Positions 9,047 to 18,348 of a stretch of 32,000 nucleotides of DNA are shown here, piece by piece. Position 1 is the stretch's first letter, and the number at the start of each line of letters is the position of its first letter. Location of the stretch: positions 60,001-92,000 of the forward strand of contig NZ_CP089976.1 of assembly GCF_022701215.1 (NCBI RefSeq), given 5' to 3'. Below the pieces are notes generated by a model, which worked only from the letters and a program-made list of their open reading frames with translations, did no database searches and was not told the DNA's origin. Source of the DNA: Moraxella nasovis. Its GTDB lineage: Bacteria > Pseudomonadota > Gammaproteobacteria > Pseudomonadales > Moraxellaceae. The position numbers were made by a program, and so were the translations under genes.

Positions 9047-9505
9047 TCACTTACGACGCAAGTCTTCCACCAAACCCTGCACGCAAGTCGCCATGGCAAA
9101 ATCGCCCACTTCTTGAATAAATTCGCTTTGTTCTTTTGGTGTATCAATCGCTGGCACGTCATAAATTAGGGGTACAATCTGATGCCAAGCGTCTTGTAGT
9201 AGCGTTGCAGCTGGCTGATCGCCCTGGTCTTGTTTAAGCGTTGCAATGCTTTTATCAATTTCTGCTAACATGTCTGATTGGCTTACACCATTTAACTTAT
9301 GTGCTCCGATTCCAGCAGCTCCAGTAGCATACACTGTACAAAAATGGGTAATCTGCTCCATAGCTTTTTGGTCTGGCTGCGATTGTTTTGGGCTTGGCAA
9401 GGCATCCTTTGCATTTGTTGTAGTGGCTAACATAGCTACTAAAGATGCTAACGCCAAGCGTAAGCTTGCCTTTGATAGGGCTGATACTGCATTTTTAAAA
9501 ATCAC
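9047..9505 (-). CDS. hypothetical secreted protein (signal peptide, probably all-helical, two Cys)
   Basis: The ORF runs to a TTG at 9529. I favour the GTG at 9505, which has AAGGA 6 nt upstream. A signal-peptide-like stretch KASLRLALASLVAMLATTTNA|KD is present. I recognise no family. Confidence 0.55.
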   Translation of the reverse strand: MIFKNAVSALSKASLRLALASLVAMLATTTNAKDALPSPKQSQPDQKAMEQITHFCTVYATGAAGIGAHKLNGVSQSDMLAEIDKSIATLKQDQGDQPAATLLQDAWHQIVPLIYDVPAIDTPKEQSEFIQEVGDFAMATCVQGLVEDLRRK

Positions 9506-9630
9506 ATGCGTTCCTTGACTAAATGACAATCGTTTAATTTGTATAGTGATGGCTCTAAGTTTAGGCTTAAGCCCAAAAAACCAATCTTTATCATTTTAAG
9601 CTTTATCATTTATGTTATATTTTTGCAAGA

Positions 9631-9654
9631 ACAGACCCACCGAAGTGGGTTTGT
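9631..9654 (-). terminator. hairpin terminator candidate downstream of the cold-shock gene
   Basis: 10-bp stem (9631-9640 pairs with 9645-9654, one G-U pair) with a UUCG tetraloop on the minus strand, 24 nt after the csp stop. The trailing U-tract is weak (UCUUGC). Confidence 0.4.
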
Positions 9655-9677
9655 CCTATGTATTATGGTCTTAAAAT

Positions 9678-9887
9678 TTACAACTGAACGACTTCTTCAG
9701 CTTGCAATCCTTTATCGCCTTCGGTTACGATAAATTCAACAGACTGACCTTCTTTTAACGAACGATAGCCATCGCCTTGAATCGCACGAAAATGCACAAA
9801 AACATCTTCGCCTGTGCTGCGTTGAATAAAGCCAAATCCCTTGGCATCATTAAACCATTTAACCACACCTTGTTCACGAGCTGACAT
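9678..9887 (-). CDS. cspA: CspA-family cold-shock protein
   Basis: 69 aa. [15 protein letters not shown] (RNP1) and DVFVHF (RNP2) are present. Confidence 0.95.
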   Translation of the reverse strand: MSAREQGVVKWFNDAKGFGFIQRSTGEDVFVHFRAIQGDGYRSLKEGQSVEFIVTEGDKGLQAEEVVQL

Positions 9888-9973
9888 AAATACTAATACT
9901 CCGATCTAAAATCCGTAACTGACGGATAATGTTGTAACCACGCCTGACAATCTTTTGTCAGACCCTGTAATTC

Positions 9974-10001
9974 ATCATACCATGCTAAAATTAGATTACA
10001 A
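9974..10001 (-). promoter_or_regulatory. sigma-70 promoter candidate for the csp gene
   Basis: On the minus strand: -35 TTGTAA (reverse complement of 9996-10001), a 16-nt spacer, and an extended -10 TGgTATGAT (reverse complement of 9974-9982). This predicts a leader of about 85 nt. Confidence 0.4.
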
Positions 10002-10094
10002 GTGTTTTGTATGAAGTTTGTTGTAATTTGTTGTAATTTTAACAAAAATATTGCAAAATACTTTCCTGTGATACACATACCGACTTGGTGACTT

Positions 10095-10571
10095 ATGCAA
10101 ACATACACAAAAAAACTCTGCCTGCTAAATGGTCCAAACCTAAATCTACTTGGCAAGCGTGAGCCTAAAATCTATGGCTACACCACACTAAAGGATATAG
10201 AAAATCGCCTAATGACAAAAGCCCGACAAAACGGTATTGAGCTTACTTGCTTTCAGTCAAACCACGAAGGCGATATTGTTGATTTTATTGGCAGGCATGG
10301 CTTATTGGCAAGTGACGGTGGATTTGATGGTATTATCATTAATCCTGCAGCATTTACACATACTTCTGTCGCCATTCGTGATGCTCTAACAGCAAGTGGC
10401 AAGCCATTTATTGAAGTGCATTTATCAAATGTCCATGCTCGTGAGCCGTTTCGCACACATTCTTATCTGTCGGATAAGGCTGTTGGCGTGATTTGTGGAT
10501 TGGGTGACATCGGCTACGATATGGCGTTGTCGTGGTTTTTAAAAAACGTGTACGGCACTAGCCTAACTTAG
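10095..10571 (+). CDS. aroQ: type II 3-dehydroquinate dehydratase
   Basis: 158 aa. Motifs [37 protein letters not shown] and [14 protein letters not shown] are present. Confidence 0.95.
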   Translation: MQTYTKKLCLLNGPNLNLLGKREPKIYGYTTLKDIENRLMTKARQNGIELTCFQSNHEGDIVDFIGRHGLLASDGGFDGIIINPAAFTHTSVAIRDALTASGKPFIEVHLSNVHAREPFRTHSYLSDKAVGVICGLGDIGYDMALSWFLKNVYGTSLT

Positions 10572-10580
10572 GTTTCATCA

Positions 10581-10607
10581 AGGGCGTATGATAACGCCCT
10601 TTTTTTG
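10581..10607 (+). terminator. Rho-independent terminator of aroQ
   Basis: AGGGCGT / loop ATGATA / ACGCCCT followed by T7, 10 nt after the aroQ stop. Confidence 0.75.
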
Positions 10608-10617
10608 GTTGTTTTGC

Positions 10618-11679
10618 CTAGTCTAGCACAGGGTTAATGACAGGAATTTTGTTAAATTTTGGGTTGAAAGTTTGCACCTTTGGGGCGGTGGGTAAGCCCA
10701 TCTCATCTAGCAGATCTGTTTGACCCACTTGGATATTATCGCCTTCAAATAATCTTTCATTATCGTCTCGCTCAGTCTTTAGATTCTCAAAATCAAACAA
10801 CGTGCGATCGGCAAGCTGACTAGGGGCGACATTTTGTAATGCCTTAAACATACTGGCTAGACGTTTTGGGTGGGCGTTATCCCACTCCCTTAGCATATCA
10901 TTAATCATCGCTCGTTGTAAATTTTCTTGAGAGCCACATAAATTACAAGGGATAATGGGGAATTTCTTATAATTGGCGTATTTAATAATGTCTTTTTCAG
11001 CGACATAGGCAAGCGGACGAATCAGTACGTTTTGCTTATCATCAGACAGCAGTTTTGGCGGCATGGATTTGAGTGAACCGCCATGAAATAAGTTTAAAAA
11101 GAATGTGGCAAGCATATCATCACGGTGATGACCTAAGGCGATTTTGGTCGCTCCGATTTGCTTGGCAAAGCCATAGAGTGAGCCACGGCGAAGACGTGAG
11201 CAGGCAGAACAGTAAGTCTTACCTTCAGGGACGACCGATTTGACAATGCTATAAGTGTCTTTTTCTAAGATATAATGGGCGATACCCTGCTGTGTCAAGT
11301 ATTTTGGTAAAACATCTTCAGGAAATCCCGGCTGTTTTTGATCAAGATTGACCGCCACCACATCAAAATGAATCGGAGCGATGCGTTTTAAAAACAGTAA
11401 AATATCCAGCAAAGTAAAGCTGTCTTTACCGCCTGAGATACACACCATAACGATATCGCCATCTTCAATCATGTTAAAATCACGAATCGCCCATGATACT
11501 TCTTTACGCAGCTTTTTTTGTAATTTCTTAAAGCGAGTGGACTTTATGCCATCATCAAAGTCATATTCTTCGCTTTGCATATCATTTGCGTCATCGGCGT
11601 CGTATTCATTAAAGTTATGCAAAAAAGCATTAATAATATCTTGATTATTTGTCATATCAGCATCTGCTTGGGTCATCAT
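10618..11679 (-). CDS. ttcA: tRNA 2-thiocytidine(32) synthetase TtcA, with an acidic N-terminal extension
   Basis: PP-loop [32 protein letters not shown] (TtcA-type) and the CNLCGSQ cysteine motif are present. About 40 extra Asp/Glu-rich residues precede the conserved start. Confidence 0.9.
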   Translation of the reverse strand: MMTQADADMTNNQDIINAFLHNFNEYDADDANDMQSEEYDFDDGIKSTRFKKLQKKLRKEVSWAIRDFNMIEDGDIVMVCISGGKDSFTLLDILLFLKRIAPIHFDVVAVNLDQKQPGFPEDVLPKYLTQQGIAHYILEKDTYSIVKSVVPEGKTYCSACSRLRRGSLYGFAKQIGATKIALGHHRDDMLATFFLNLFHGGSLKSMPPKLLSDDKQNVLIRPLAYVAEKDIIKYANYKKFPIIPCNLCGSQENLQRAMINDMLREWDNAHPKRLASMFKALQNVAPSQLADRTLFDFENLKTERDDNERLFEGDNIQVGQTDLLDEMGLPTAPKVQTFNPKFNKIPVINPVLD

Positions 11680-11683
11680 TTAC

Positions 11684-14434
11684 TCACTTACTTTTTTTTA
11701 GTTTTGGCGAATTTGGTAAGGTTAAAGCTGATTTATCCAGCCTTTGACGGATTTGGTATTTTTTAGGCGTATTGATACTACTTTCTTCATTTAAGACGGC
11801 AGTTTTAACAAGTTTACCGTCAATTTTTTCATATTTGTACTTAACCGCTCGTTTTGGCTCACTTGCCACATCAATTGGCTTTTGATTGGTATGTCTATCA
11901 AACTTATCAAATGTCGCCTTTTTGTTAAATTTTGGCTTATCTTTTGATTTATCTTGGGGTACTCTTACTTTTGTAGGGCGTTTAGTTTCAAAGCGTAAAG
12001 CAGATTCTTTGTCGTATTTTGGCGACTTTTTAGCAAGTGGTATCTGTACATCATCTGATGGGGCTGATTTTACCGAATGCTTATGGCAAATCTTAAAGCT
12101 TTGGTGGATTGGTTTTTTGGGATTAAAATCAAAGCCAATCGTCTGATCGGTAATATGAACCACATCATAACGCTCTAAAATACTATCATCTAGCTCAAAA
12201 CGTGTAAAGTTATTACTAAAATACAGTACGCCTGTTGTACTCAGACGGTTCATTGCACGGTTAATCAAAGCGACATGATCTCGCTGCACATCAAAAGTGC
12301 CTTGAAATTTCTTAGAGTTTGAGAAGGTTGGCGGATCAATAAAAATCACGTCATACTGCTCGGTATTGTCTTTAATCCAGTCAAAAACATCAGAAGCGAT
12401 AAATTGATATTTAGGCTCGCCATACGCATCTGTAACTTCTAGTGGTATGCCATTTAGGGCGAAATTTTGCTTACCCCAGTCTAAGTAATTCGCCGATAAA
12501 TCCACACTGGTTACTGATTTTGCCCCATGGACGGCTGCGTGCGTACTTGCCGTACAAGTGTAGGCAAATAAATTTAAAACGTGCTTGCCACGACTGGCTT
12601 TAGCTACCAGCTGACGCATGTTACGATGATCAATAAATAAGCCTGTATCTAAGTAGTCGGTGAAGTTCACATAAAAATAAACTCCACTTTCTTCAACAAC
12701 CCACATTTTGCGGCGTTTATTATCCCTACTGTTGGGATTTTTGGTGTATTGGTCATTACCTGACTGTCTGGCACGAGTCTTAATAAAAACGTCTTCTTTG
12801 CTCACGCCTAACACTTCTCGAACGCATGCTAAGACTAAGTTAAAGCGAGATTTAGCGACTTCAGGGGGGATTTGCTTAGGTGGTGCGTACTCTTGGACGT
12901 GTACTTTATCGCCATATAGATCGATGGCGACGTTATAATTTGGCAAGTCTGCATCATAAATCCGCAAATTGCTTACACCATGTAGCTTGGCTTGTTTTTT
13001 AAGATGAGCTAGGTTTTTTTGTAGCCGATTGATGAATTCTTGGGCATCTTCTAAGTGAATCGGCTTTTTCTCAAACTGCTCAATTAATACAGTATTTTTA
13101 GCTAAGTTTAGTTTGCCATGTCGTAAGTACACAGTCAATGCACCGTTATGACAGCGTAACGTTTTTGGGTCATTGATTGGTAAAGTATCAGCTTGCTCCA
13201 CATGGCTTGCCAATACCGACATATCTGCTTGAGTAACGCCTGCCATTTTTAGCCCATCTACTGTTAGCCGTCCTAAGCCGTGATATAAGGGCTTAATAAA
13301 ATCGCTTTCACCTAATCGCTCACCATAAGGCGGATTAGTAATGATTAAAGGATAAGCTGCGGCAGGTACAGTCTTTAGGACGTCTTTTAGCTGGGTCAGT
13401 GGTCTTTGTTGTAAGGTAATGCCAGGAAGTAATGACGATAATCCAGACGCTTGTAAGTTTTGATGGCAAGCATGAATCGCCCCTGCGTCTGCGTCTAGGG
13501 CGATAACGCATAACAGACCTTGTCTCATCTTGTCTAGATTGTCATGAAATCTAACCGTTGCTGCATGAACCATCTCTTCCCACAACGCTTGGTCGTGGTG
13601 TTCCCAGTGATAAAAGCCAAATTTATCGGTCGCTTTATCAAGTCCTGTGGGATAATCAGCTCGCATGAGTAGGCTTTCTGTAATGAATGTGCCAGAGCCG
13701 CACATCGGATCTATGATGGCGTTATGTTTGCCTGTATGCCAGCCACTTTCGTATAATAATGCTGCAGCTAAGTTTTCTTTTAGCGGTGCTGCTGTATTTG
13801 CCACTCGATAACCACGGCGATGTAAGCTTGTGCCTGATAAATCAATGAATAACTCGGCAAATTTACTGTTGGCGGTAGCGAAAATCTGAACTTGGGCAGC
13901 TTTAGAATCCACATCAGGGCGACGTCCAAGTTTTTTATTAAAGCTATCAGCAATCGCATCTTTGATACGCAAAGTGGCGAACTGCTGGTTAATGGTGAGT
14001 TTTTTATCAGTGGATAAGCGAATGACGAAAGTCTGATCAACGTTAAAAATATCAGACCAATCATAACGACTGGTGAAATGATATAAAGCTTCGGTTATGT
14101 CTTCATCAAGCGTGATATTCTCGACAGTGCGTGTTATTTTTCTACCTTGACGATCGGTGCTAATTTGGTTCACCGTTTCATGTTTTTGTTTAAAATGGTA
14201 TTCACCAATCGGCAATAACACTCGGCTCGCCACTCGGCTATATAGGCAGATATGATAAAATCTTGCCAAGTCCACTTTCGCTGCAATTCGCCCTACTCGT
14301 ATCAGCTCGCCCATAACACCAAAGCTGTCTAGCTCAATTAACAAGGCATTCTCAAGACCATCAGCACAGGTGATGATGATACTAAAATCTTGGGGATTGA
14401 AATTGGCAAAAGGCTTGTTAAGTGTTATGGTCAT
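11684..14434 (-). CDS. rlmL: bifunctional 23S rRNA (guanine(2069)-N7)/(guanine(2445)-N2)-methyltransferase RlmK/RlmL, with a Lys-rich C-terminal tail
   Basis: THUMP plus two SAM-methyltransferase modules (DPMCGSGTF, ITNPPYGERLG, IFIDPPTFSNSK). I chose the ATG at 14434 (MTITLNKPF...); the ORF track extends 23 codons upstream to 14503. The stop is 4 nt before the ttcA start. Confidence 0.9.
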   Translation of the reverse strand: MTITLNKPFANFNPQDFSIIITCADGLENALLIELDSFGVMGELIRVGRIAAKVDLARFYHICLYSRVASRVLLPIGEYHFKQKHETVNQISTDRQGRKITRTVENITLDEDITEALYHFTSRYDWSDIFNVDQTFVIRLSTDKKLTINQQFATLRIKDAIADSFNKKLGRRPDVDSKAAQVQIFATANSKFAELFIDLSGTSLHRRGYRVANTAAPLKENLAAALLYESGWHTGKHNAIIDPMCGSGTFITESLLMRADYPTGLDKATDKFGFYHWEHHDQALWEEMVHAATVRFHDNLDKMRQGLLCVIALDADAGAIHACHQNLQASGLSSLLPGITLQQRPLTQLKDVLKTVPAAAYPLIITNPPYGERLGESDFIKPLYHGLGRLTVDGLKMAGVTQADMSVLASHVEQADTLPINDPKTLRCHNGALTVYLRHGKLNLAKNTVLIEQFEKKPIHLEDAQEFINRLQKNLAHLKKQAKLHGVSNLRIYDADLPNYNVAIDLYGDKVHVQEYAPPKQIPPEVAKSRFNLVLACVREVLGVSKEDVFIKTRARQSGNDQYTKNPNSRDNKRRKMWVVEESGVYFYVNFTDYLDTGLFIDHRNMRQLVAKASRGKHVLNLFAYTCTASTHAAVHGAKSVTSVDLSANYLDWGKQNFALNGIPLEVTDAYGEPKYQFIASDVFDWIKDNTEQYDVIFIDPPTFSNSKKFQGTFDVQRDHVALINRAMNRLSTTGVLYFSNNFTRFELDDSILERYDVVHITDQTIGFDFNPKKPIHQSFKICHKHSVKSAPSDDVQIPLAKKSPKYDKESALRFETKRPTKVRVPQDKSKDKPKFNKKATFDKFDRHTNQKPIDVASEPKRAVKYKYEKIDGKLVKTAVLNEESSINTPKKYQIRQRLDKSALTLPNSPKLKKSK

Positions 14435-14511
14435 GATTTTCTCAAAAATAATTGGCGTATAAAATAGACGTTCATACAAACGCCTATTATAACATAAAAC
14501 CAAACATCGCC

Positions 14512-15717
14512 CTAGTTTTTACGCTCTGCTTGTTCTGGTGTTTCTTTGGTCACACCGTTTGTTGTATTGGTGTCTTGACAAGAACGCTGTTCTAATTGTG
14601 ATGCTAAAATCTCATGCCCATCAGATGTCAGTAGCCTTAAATGCGGATAAGGCACAGCGATACCCACTTCGTCAAACGCTTGCTTAATCTTCTCATTAAT
14701 CTGCTCTTTAATAACAGGAATGCGAGCAACTGACAATGGCACAACCCAAAACCGCACAATAAAATGCACGCCATACTCGCCGATATGATCCACCGTTGCC
14801 ATAGGGGCTGGGTGCTTTAAGATGACTTCATCTTTTGACAGCGTCTTAAGAATAACGCTTCGTGCCAGCTCAATATCTGCATCTAGTGCGATACGAGCAG
14901 TTACATCAAAACGAATCATCTTCTTGGAAGTAAGATTGGTTACTTGTGATGAAGATACGGTGGAGTTTGGGATGATGATAATGATGTTATCACGGTCTAA
15001 AATCTGCGTGGCTCGTAAAGAAATCTTCACCACTCTGCCTTCTTTTTCACCCAAGCGAATCCAGTCGCCAACTTGAAATGACTGCTCGATTAAGATGGTA
15101 ATCCCTGCAATAAAATTAGCAAGCGTACTTTGGGCAGCAAAGCCCACCGCCAAGCCCACAATACCCAGACCTGCTACCAAAGATATAATATCAAAGCCAA
15201 ATTGTGCCAAAATACTCGCCAATGCCAAAACGAGTATCACAACCAAGATGAGATTTTTTAGCAGCTGCTCGATGGAAGCATTTAGGTCGTAATGCCTTAG
15301 CACACGGCTAATCATCTGGCCTGACATCGACCACATCACATAATAAAAACCAGCCCAAGCTAAAGCTTTTGCAGTTGCTGTAATGGTGTCTGTCTTAATG
15401 CCAATCTGCGTCATGAGTGCAAGCAAGCTTGCCACAAACCACACATAACGTAAGGTCGCTCGGACAATGCGAACATAACGCTCAGATAAATGCAAAAAGG
15501 TACGAGTATGCTTTACCACATACACCAAAATCCAGTACACGATGCCGATGACAGACAACAAGATGATGATTTTTAACACCATCGTCATAAATGCTACGCC
15601 ACGATCTGCCCAGTTGAGCGTTTGATCATCCAATGAACCACCCAAAAGCACATAAAAGCTTTGGTGTAAATCACGGACAATGCTCTGGAAAAAGCGTATA
15701 AAATCGTCAGTCGTCAT
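14512..15717 (-). CDS. mechanosensitive ion channel family protein (MscS family)
   Basis: Multi-TM N-terminus, then an MscS beta-domain signature QSFQVGDWIRLGEKEGRVVKISLRATQILDRDNIIIIIPNS. ATG is at 15717; a GTG three codons upstream (15726) is an alternative start. Confidence 0.85.
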   Translation of the reverse strand: MTTDDFIRFFQSIVRDLHQSFYVLLGGSLDDQTLNWADRGVAFMTMVLKIIILLSVIGIVYWILVYVVKHTRTFLHLSERYVRIVRATLRYVWFVASLLALMTQIGIKTDTITATAKALAWAGFYYVMWSMSGQMISRVLRHYDLNASIEQLLKNLILVVILVLALASILAQFGFDIISLVAGLGIVGLAVGFAAQSTLANFIAGITILIEQSFQVGDWIRLGEKEGRVVKISLRATQILDRDNIIIIIPNSTVSSSQVTNLTSKKMIRFDVTARIALDADIELARSVILKTLSKDEVILKHPAPMATVDHIGEYGVHFIVRFWVVPLSVARIPVIKEQINEKIKQAFDEVGIAVPYPHLRLLTSDGHEILASQLEQRSCQDTNTTNGVTKETPEQAERKN

Positions 15718-15828
15718 GTCGATCACAGGATAAACGTATCAGCTTAATATTTTAACAAATAAAGGGGCAAAAAAATACAGTTTAAATGACAATTCTTTTG
15801 CCAACAGCACAATGCATGGGGATAATTA

Positions 15829-15837
15829 TGCTATAAT
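15829..15837 (+). promoter_or_regulatory. extended -10 promoter element (TGcTATAAT) upstream of lysO
   Basis: TGCTATAAT sits 47 nt upstream of the ATG. No good -35 is present. Confidence 0.3.
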
Positions 15838-15883
15838 CTAGGGTTTATTTTGTCACTCCTTATAACTTGGGATACGCATATCC

Positions 15884-16792
15884 ATGAATGGTATTTTTAC
15901 CCTTATTTTAATCATCACACCCATGTTTATCGGCTTTGCACTACCTGTTGCGGATAAGCACGCCATTTATGCAGAAAAAATAATTAACTATTTAGTATTC
16001 TTATTACTCATTGTCATTGGTATTGAGATTGGGCTAGAAAAAGACATCGTCTCTAAAGTTTACGATATTGCAACTTATTTAATAACACTTTTTTCCCTAA
16101 CCATTGGATTTGGCTTGGTTGGCTTAGCATTGTTTGATCGTATTTCACCTTGCCAATACCAAACAAGCCACGCTAAAGGCAGTACCAAAATTAACATACA
16201 CGGTAGTTTATTACAGCTTTTTTGTTTATTAGTCGGCTTTATTTTGGCATTAGTGCTACCAAGCACAGTGTTACCGCCTCGTGGTACGACAACAGCTCTA
16301 CTCATGCTGTTATTATTATTTGTAGGTATTGGGCTTAAAGGTGTAGGTATTGGGCTTCGTGCTGCTATGCTAAACCAGCGAGGGCTTTATATTTGTGTGA
16401 TTTTTACCGCCAGTATTTTATTAGCAGGTGCGGTCTTTTCGCTGATTTTTGATGATGTATCGCTGTTTCAGGGTTTGGCATTAGCCGCAGGAAGTGGTTG
16501 GTACTCTCTATCAGCTCCTTTAATGACCGAAGCTTATGGAGCGATGTGGGGTTCTGTCGCTCTTTTAAATGACTTAGGTAGAGAAATTGCAGCACTGATT
16601 TTTATTCCTTGGGTCATGCGATATTCTTCATCGGCTGCGATTGGACTTGGCGGTGTAACCAGTTTGGATTTTACATTGCCCATTCTTAGCCAATCTGGCG
16701 GTACTCGTATCGTGCCGCTTGTGGTAAGTTATGGTTTTTTAATAAATATCATCTCGCCCATCTTAATGGTGTTTTTTAGTAGTCTAGGCTAA
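15884..16792 (+). CDS. lysO: lysine exporter LysO (YbjE/DUF340) family membrane protein
   Basis: 302 aa, polytopic. GSGWYSLSAPLMTEAYG, NDLGREIAALIFIP and TSLDFTLPIL align with E. coli YbjE as I remember it. Confidence 0.75.
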   Translation: MNGIFTLILIITPMFIGFALPVADKHAIYAEKIINYLVFLLLIVIGIEIGLEKDIVSKVYDIATYLITLFSLTIGFGLVGLALFDRISPCQYQTSHAKGSTKINIHGSLLQLFCLLVGFILALVLPSTVLPPRGTTTALLMLLLLFVGIGLKGVGIGLRAAMLNQRGLYICVIFTASILLAGAVFSLIFDDVSLFQGLALAAGSGWYSLSAPLMTEAYGAMWGSVALLNDLGREIAALIFIPWVMRYSSSAAIGLGGVTSLDFTLPILSQSGGTRIVPLVVSYGFLINIISPILMVFFSSLG

Positions 16793-16811
16793 TTTGATAC
16801 CTTTAAATAAA

Positions 16812-16842
16812 AAATAACGCAAGCTAACAACTTGCGTTATTT
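16812..16842. terminator. bidirectional Rho-independent terminator shared by lysO (+) and glnA (-)
   Basis: AAATAACGCAAG / loop CTAACAA / CTTGCGTTATTT gives a 12-bp perfect stem. An A-run on the left and a T-run on the right flank it, between convergent stops at 16792 and 16855. Confidence 0.8.
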
Positions 16843-16854
16843 TTATGTGGCTGT

Positions 16855-18264
16855 TTAGCAGCGGTAATATAAATCAAACTCTAGCGGGTGTACCGCTTCA
16901 TTTAATCGTTGCACTTCTTGCATTTTTAGTTCGATATAAGCATCGATCATCTCTTTTGAGAATACACCGCCTTTTAGCAAAAATTCATGATCTTCTTTTA
17001 GAGCTTTTAGGGCAACTTCTAAATTCTCTGCTACCGTTGGGATCATCGCTTCTTCTTCTGGCGGTAGATCGTATAAATTCTTATCAGCCGCTTCACCTGC
17101 TTCAATCTTATTTTCAATGCCATCAAGTCCTGCCATTAAAAGAGCGGCAAAGCATAGATAGGGGTTGGCTGCAGGATCAGGGAAACGTGCCTCAATGCGG
17201 CGAGCTTTAGGGCTAGATACATGCGGAATACGAATTGATGCAGAACGGTTTGACGCTGAATAAGCAAGCTTGATGGGTGCTTCAAAGTGTGGCACAAGAC
17301 GCTTATAGCTATTTACCGTTGGGTTTGTGATGGCGTTTAAGGCACGAGCGTGCTTAATGATACCACCAATAAAATACAATGCCGTCTTAGACAATCCTGC
17401 ATATTCATCTCCACTGAACGTATTTTCACCGTCTTTACTGATTGAGATGTGCACATGCATACCAGAGCCATTATCGCCTACGATAGGTTTTGGCATAAAG
17501 GTAGCAGTCTTGCCAAATTGGTTTGCCACTTGCTGCACGACGTATTTAAATTGCTGTACTTCATCAGCTTTCTTAACTAATGTGTTAAAAGATACGCCAA
17601 TCTCAAGCTGACCTGACGCTACCTCATGGTGGTGTACCTCTACACGCCCTTCACCCATAATGCTATCAATGTGGTCGCACATAATCGCACGCATATCATG
17701 ATGGTGATCAATCGGTGCGACGGCAGCGTATGCCCCTTTCACGTTTGGACGCTGTCCGTTATTACCCCAAGGATAGTCCTTATTGGTTGACCATGCAGCA
17801 GCTTCAGCGATAATGGTGTTACGAGCACCTGATTGGTCGATGTCCCATTTTACTTCATCAAACACGAAAAATTCAGGTTCAGGGCCAAAAAATGCCGTAT
17901 CACCAATCCCTGTTGACTTTAGGTAGGTTTCGGCACGGCGAGCGATTGAACGTGGGTCTTTTTCGTAGCCTTGGAGTGTTGCAGGCTCGATGATATCACA
18001 AGTAACCACGATCATCGGTGCTTCAGCAAATGGATCAAGATAAGCACTATCAGGATCTGGTAGCATAATCATATCTGATGCTTCGATGCCTTTCCAGCCA
18101 TCTACAGATGACCCGTCAAACATTTTGCCATCTTCAAAAGTTTCTTCATCAATGCTAGATGCAGGGAAAGTCAAATGCAGCTCTTTACCCTTGGTATCAG
18201 TAAAGCGAAAATCCACCCATTTGGCACCTGTTGATTCGATTAAATCTAAAAGTTTATTTGACAC
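16855..18264 (-). CDS. glnA: type I glutamine synthetase
   Basis: 469 aa. Motifs [15 protein letters not shown] and [16 protein letters not shown] are present, plus the adenylylation-site context [13 protein letters not shown] start with AGGAG 6 nt upstream. Confidence 0.97.
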   Translation of the reverse strand: MSNKLLDLIESTGAKWVDFRFTDTKGKELHLTFPASSIDEETFEDGKMFDGSSVDGWKGIEASDMIMLPDPDSAYLDPFAEAPMIVVTCDIIEPATLQGYEKDPRSIARRAETYLKSTGIGDTAFFGPEPEFFVFDEVKWDIDQSGARNTIIAEAAAWSTNKDYPWGNNGQRPNVKGAYAAVAPIDHHHDMRAIMCDHIDSIMGEGRVEVHHHEVASGQLEIGVSFNTLVKKADEVQQFKYVVQQVANQFGKTATFMPKPIVGDNGSGMHVHISISKDGENTFSGDEYAGLSKTALYFIGGIIKHARALNAITNPTVNSYKRLVPHFEAPIKLAYSASNRSASIRIPHVSSPKARRIEARFPDPAANPYLCFAALLMAGLDGIENKIEAGEAADKNLYDLPPEEEAMIPTVAENLEVALKALKEDHEFLLKGGVFSKEMIDAYIELKMQEVQRLNEAVHPLEFDLYYRC

Positions 18265-18319
18265 AGCACACTCCTAATCGTATAAGAAAAGCAAAGCTAA
18301 AGCTTAGCTATTTTGGTAA

Positions 18320-18348
18320 ATGATACGCTAAATTATGAATATTGTAAA
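18320..18348 (-). promoter_or_regulatory. sigma-70 promoter candidate for glnA
   Basis: On the minus strand: -35 TTTACA (reverse complement of 18343-18348), a 17-nt spacer, and -10 TATCAT (reverse complement of 18320-18325). Confidence 0.4.

Noticed and set aside
9893-10156. 87-aa minus-strand ORF between csp and aroQ
   Set aside because: It covers the csp promoter and leader and overlaps the aroQ start. It has no SD and no motif, and the region is better explained as a divergent control region.
14435-14503. 23-codon upstream extension of rlmL in the ORF track
   Set aside because: The extension (MVLCYNRRLYERLFYTPIIFEKI) precedes the conserved THUMP-domain N-terminus, and the internal ATG at 14434 fits orthologue starts. 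The same logic applies to the 26202-26240 extension of cysE and the 24947-24991 extension of rubredoxin.
16845-17210. 121-aa Leu-rich + strand ORF
   Set aside because: It is antisense to the 3' end of glnA and begins inside the shared terminator. The Leu-rich composition is what an antisense reading frame typically gives.
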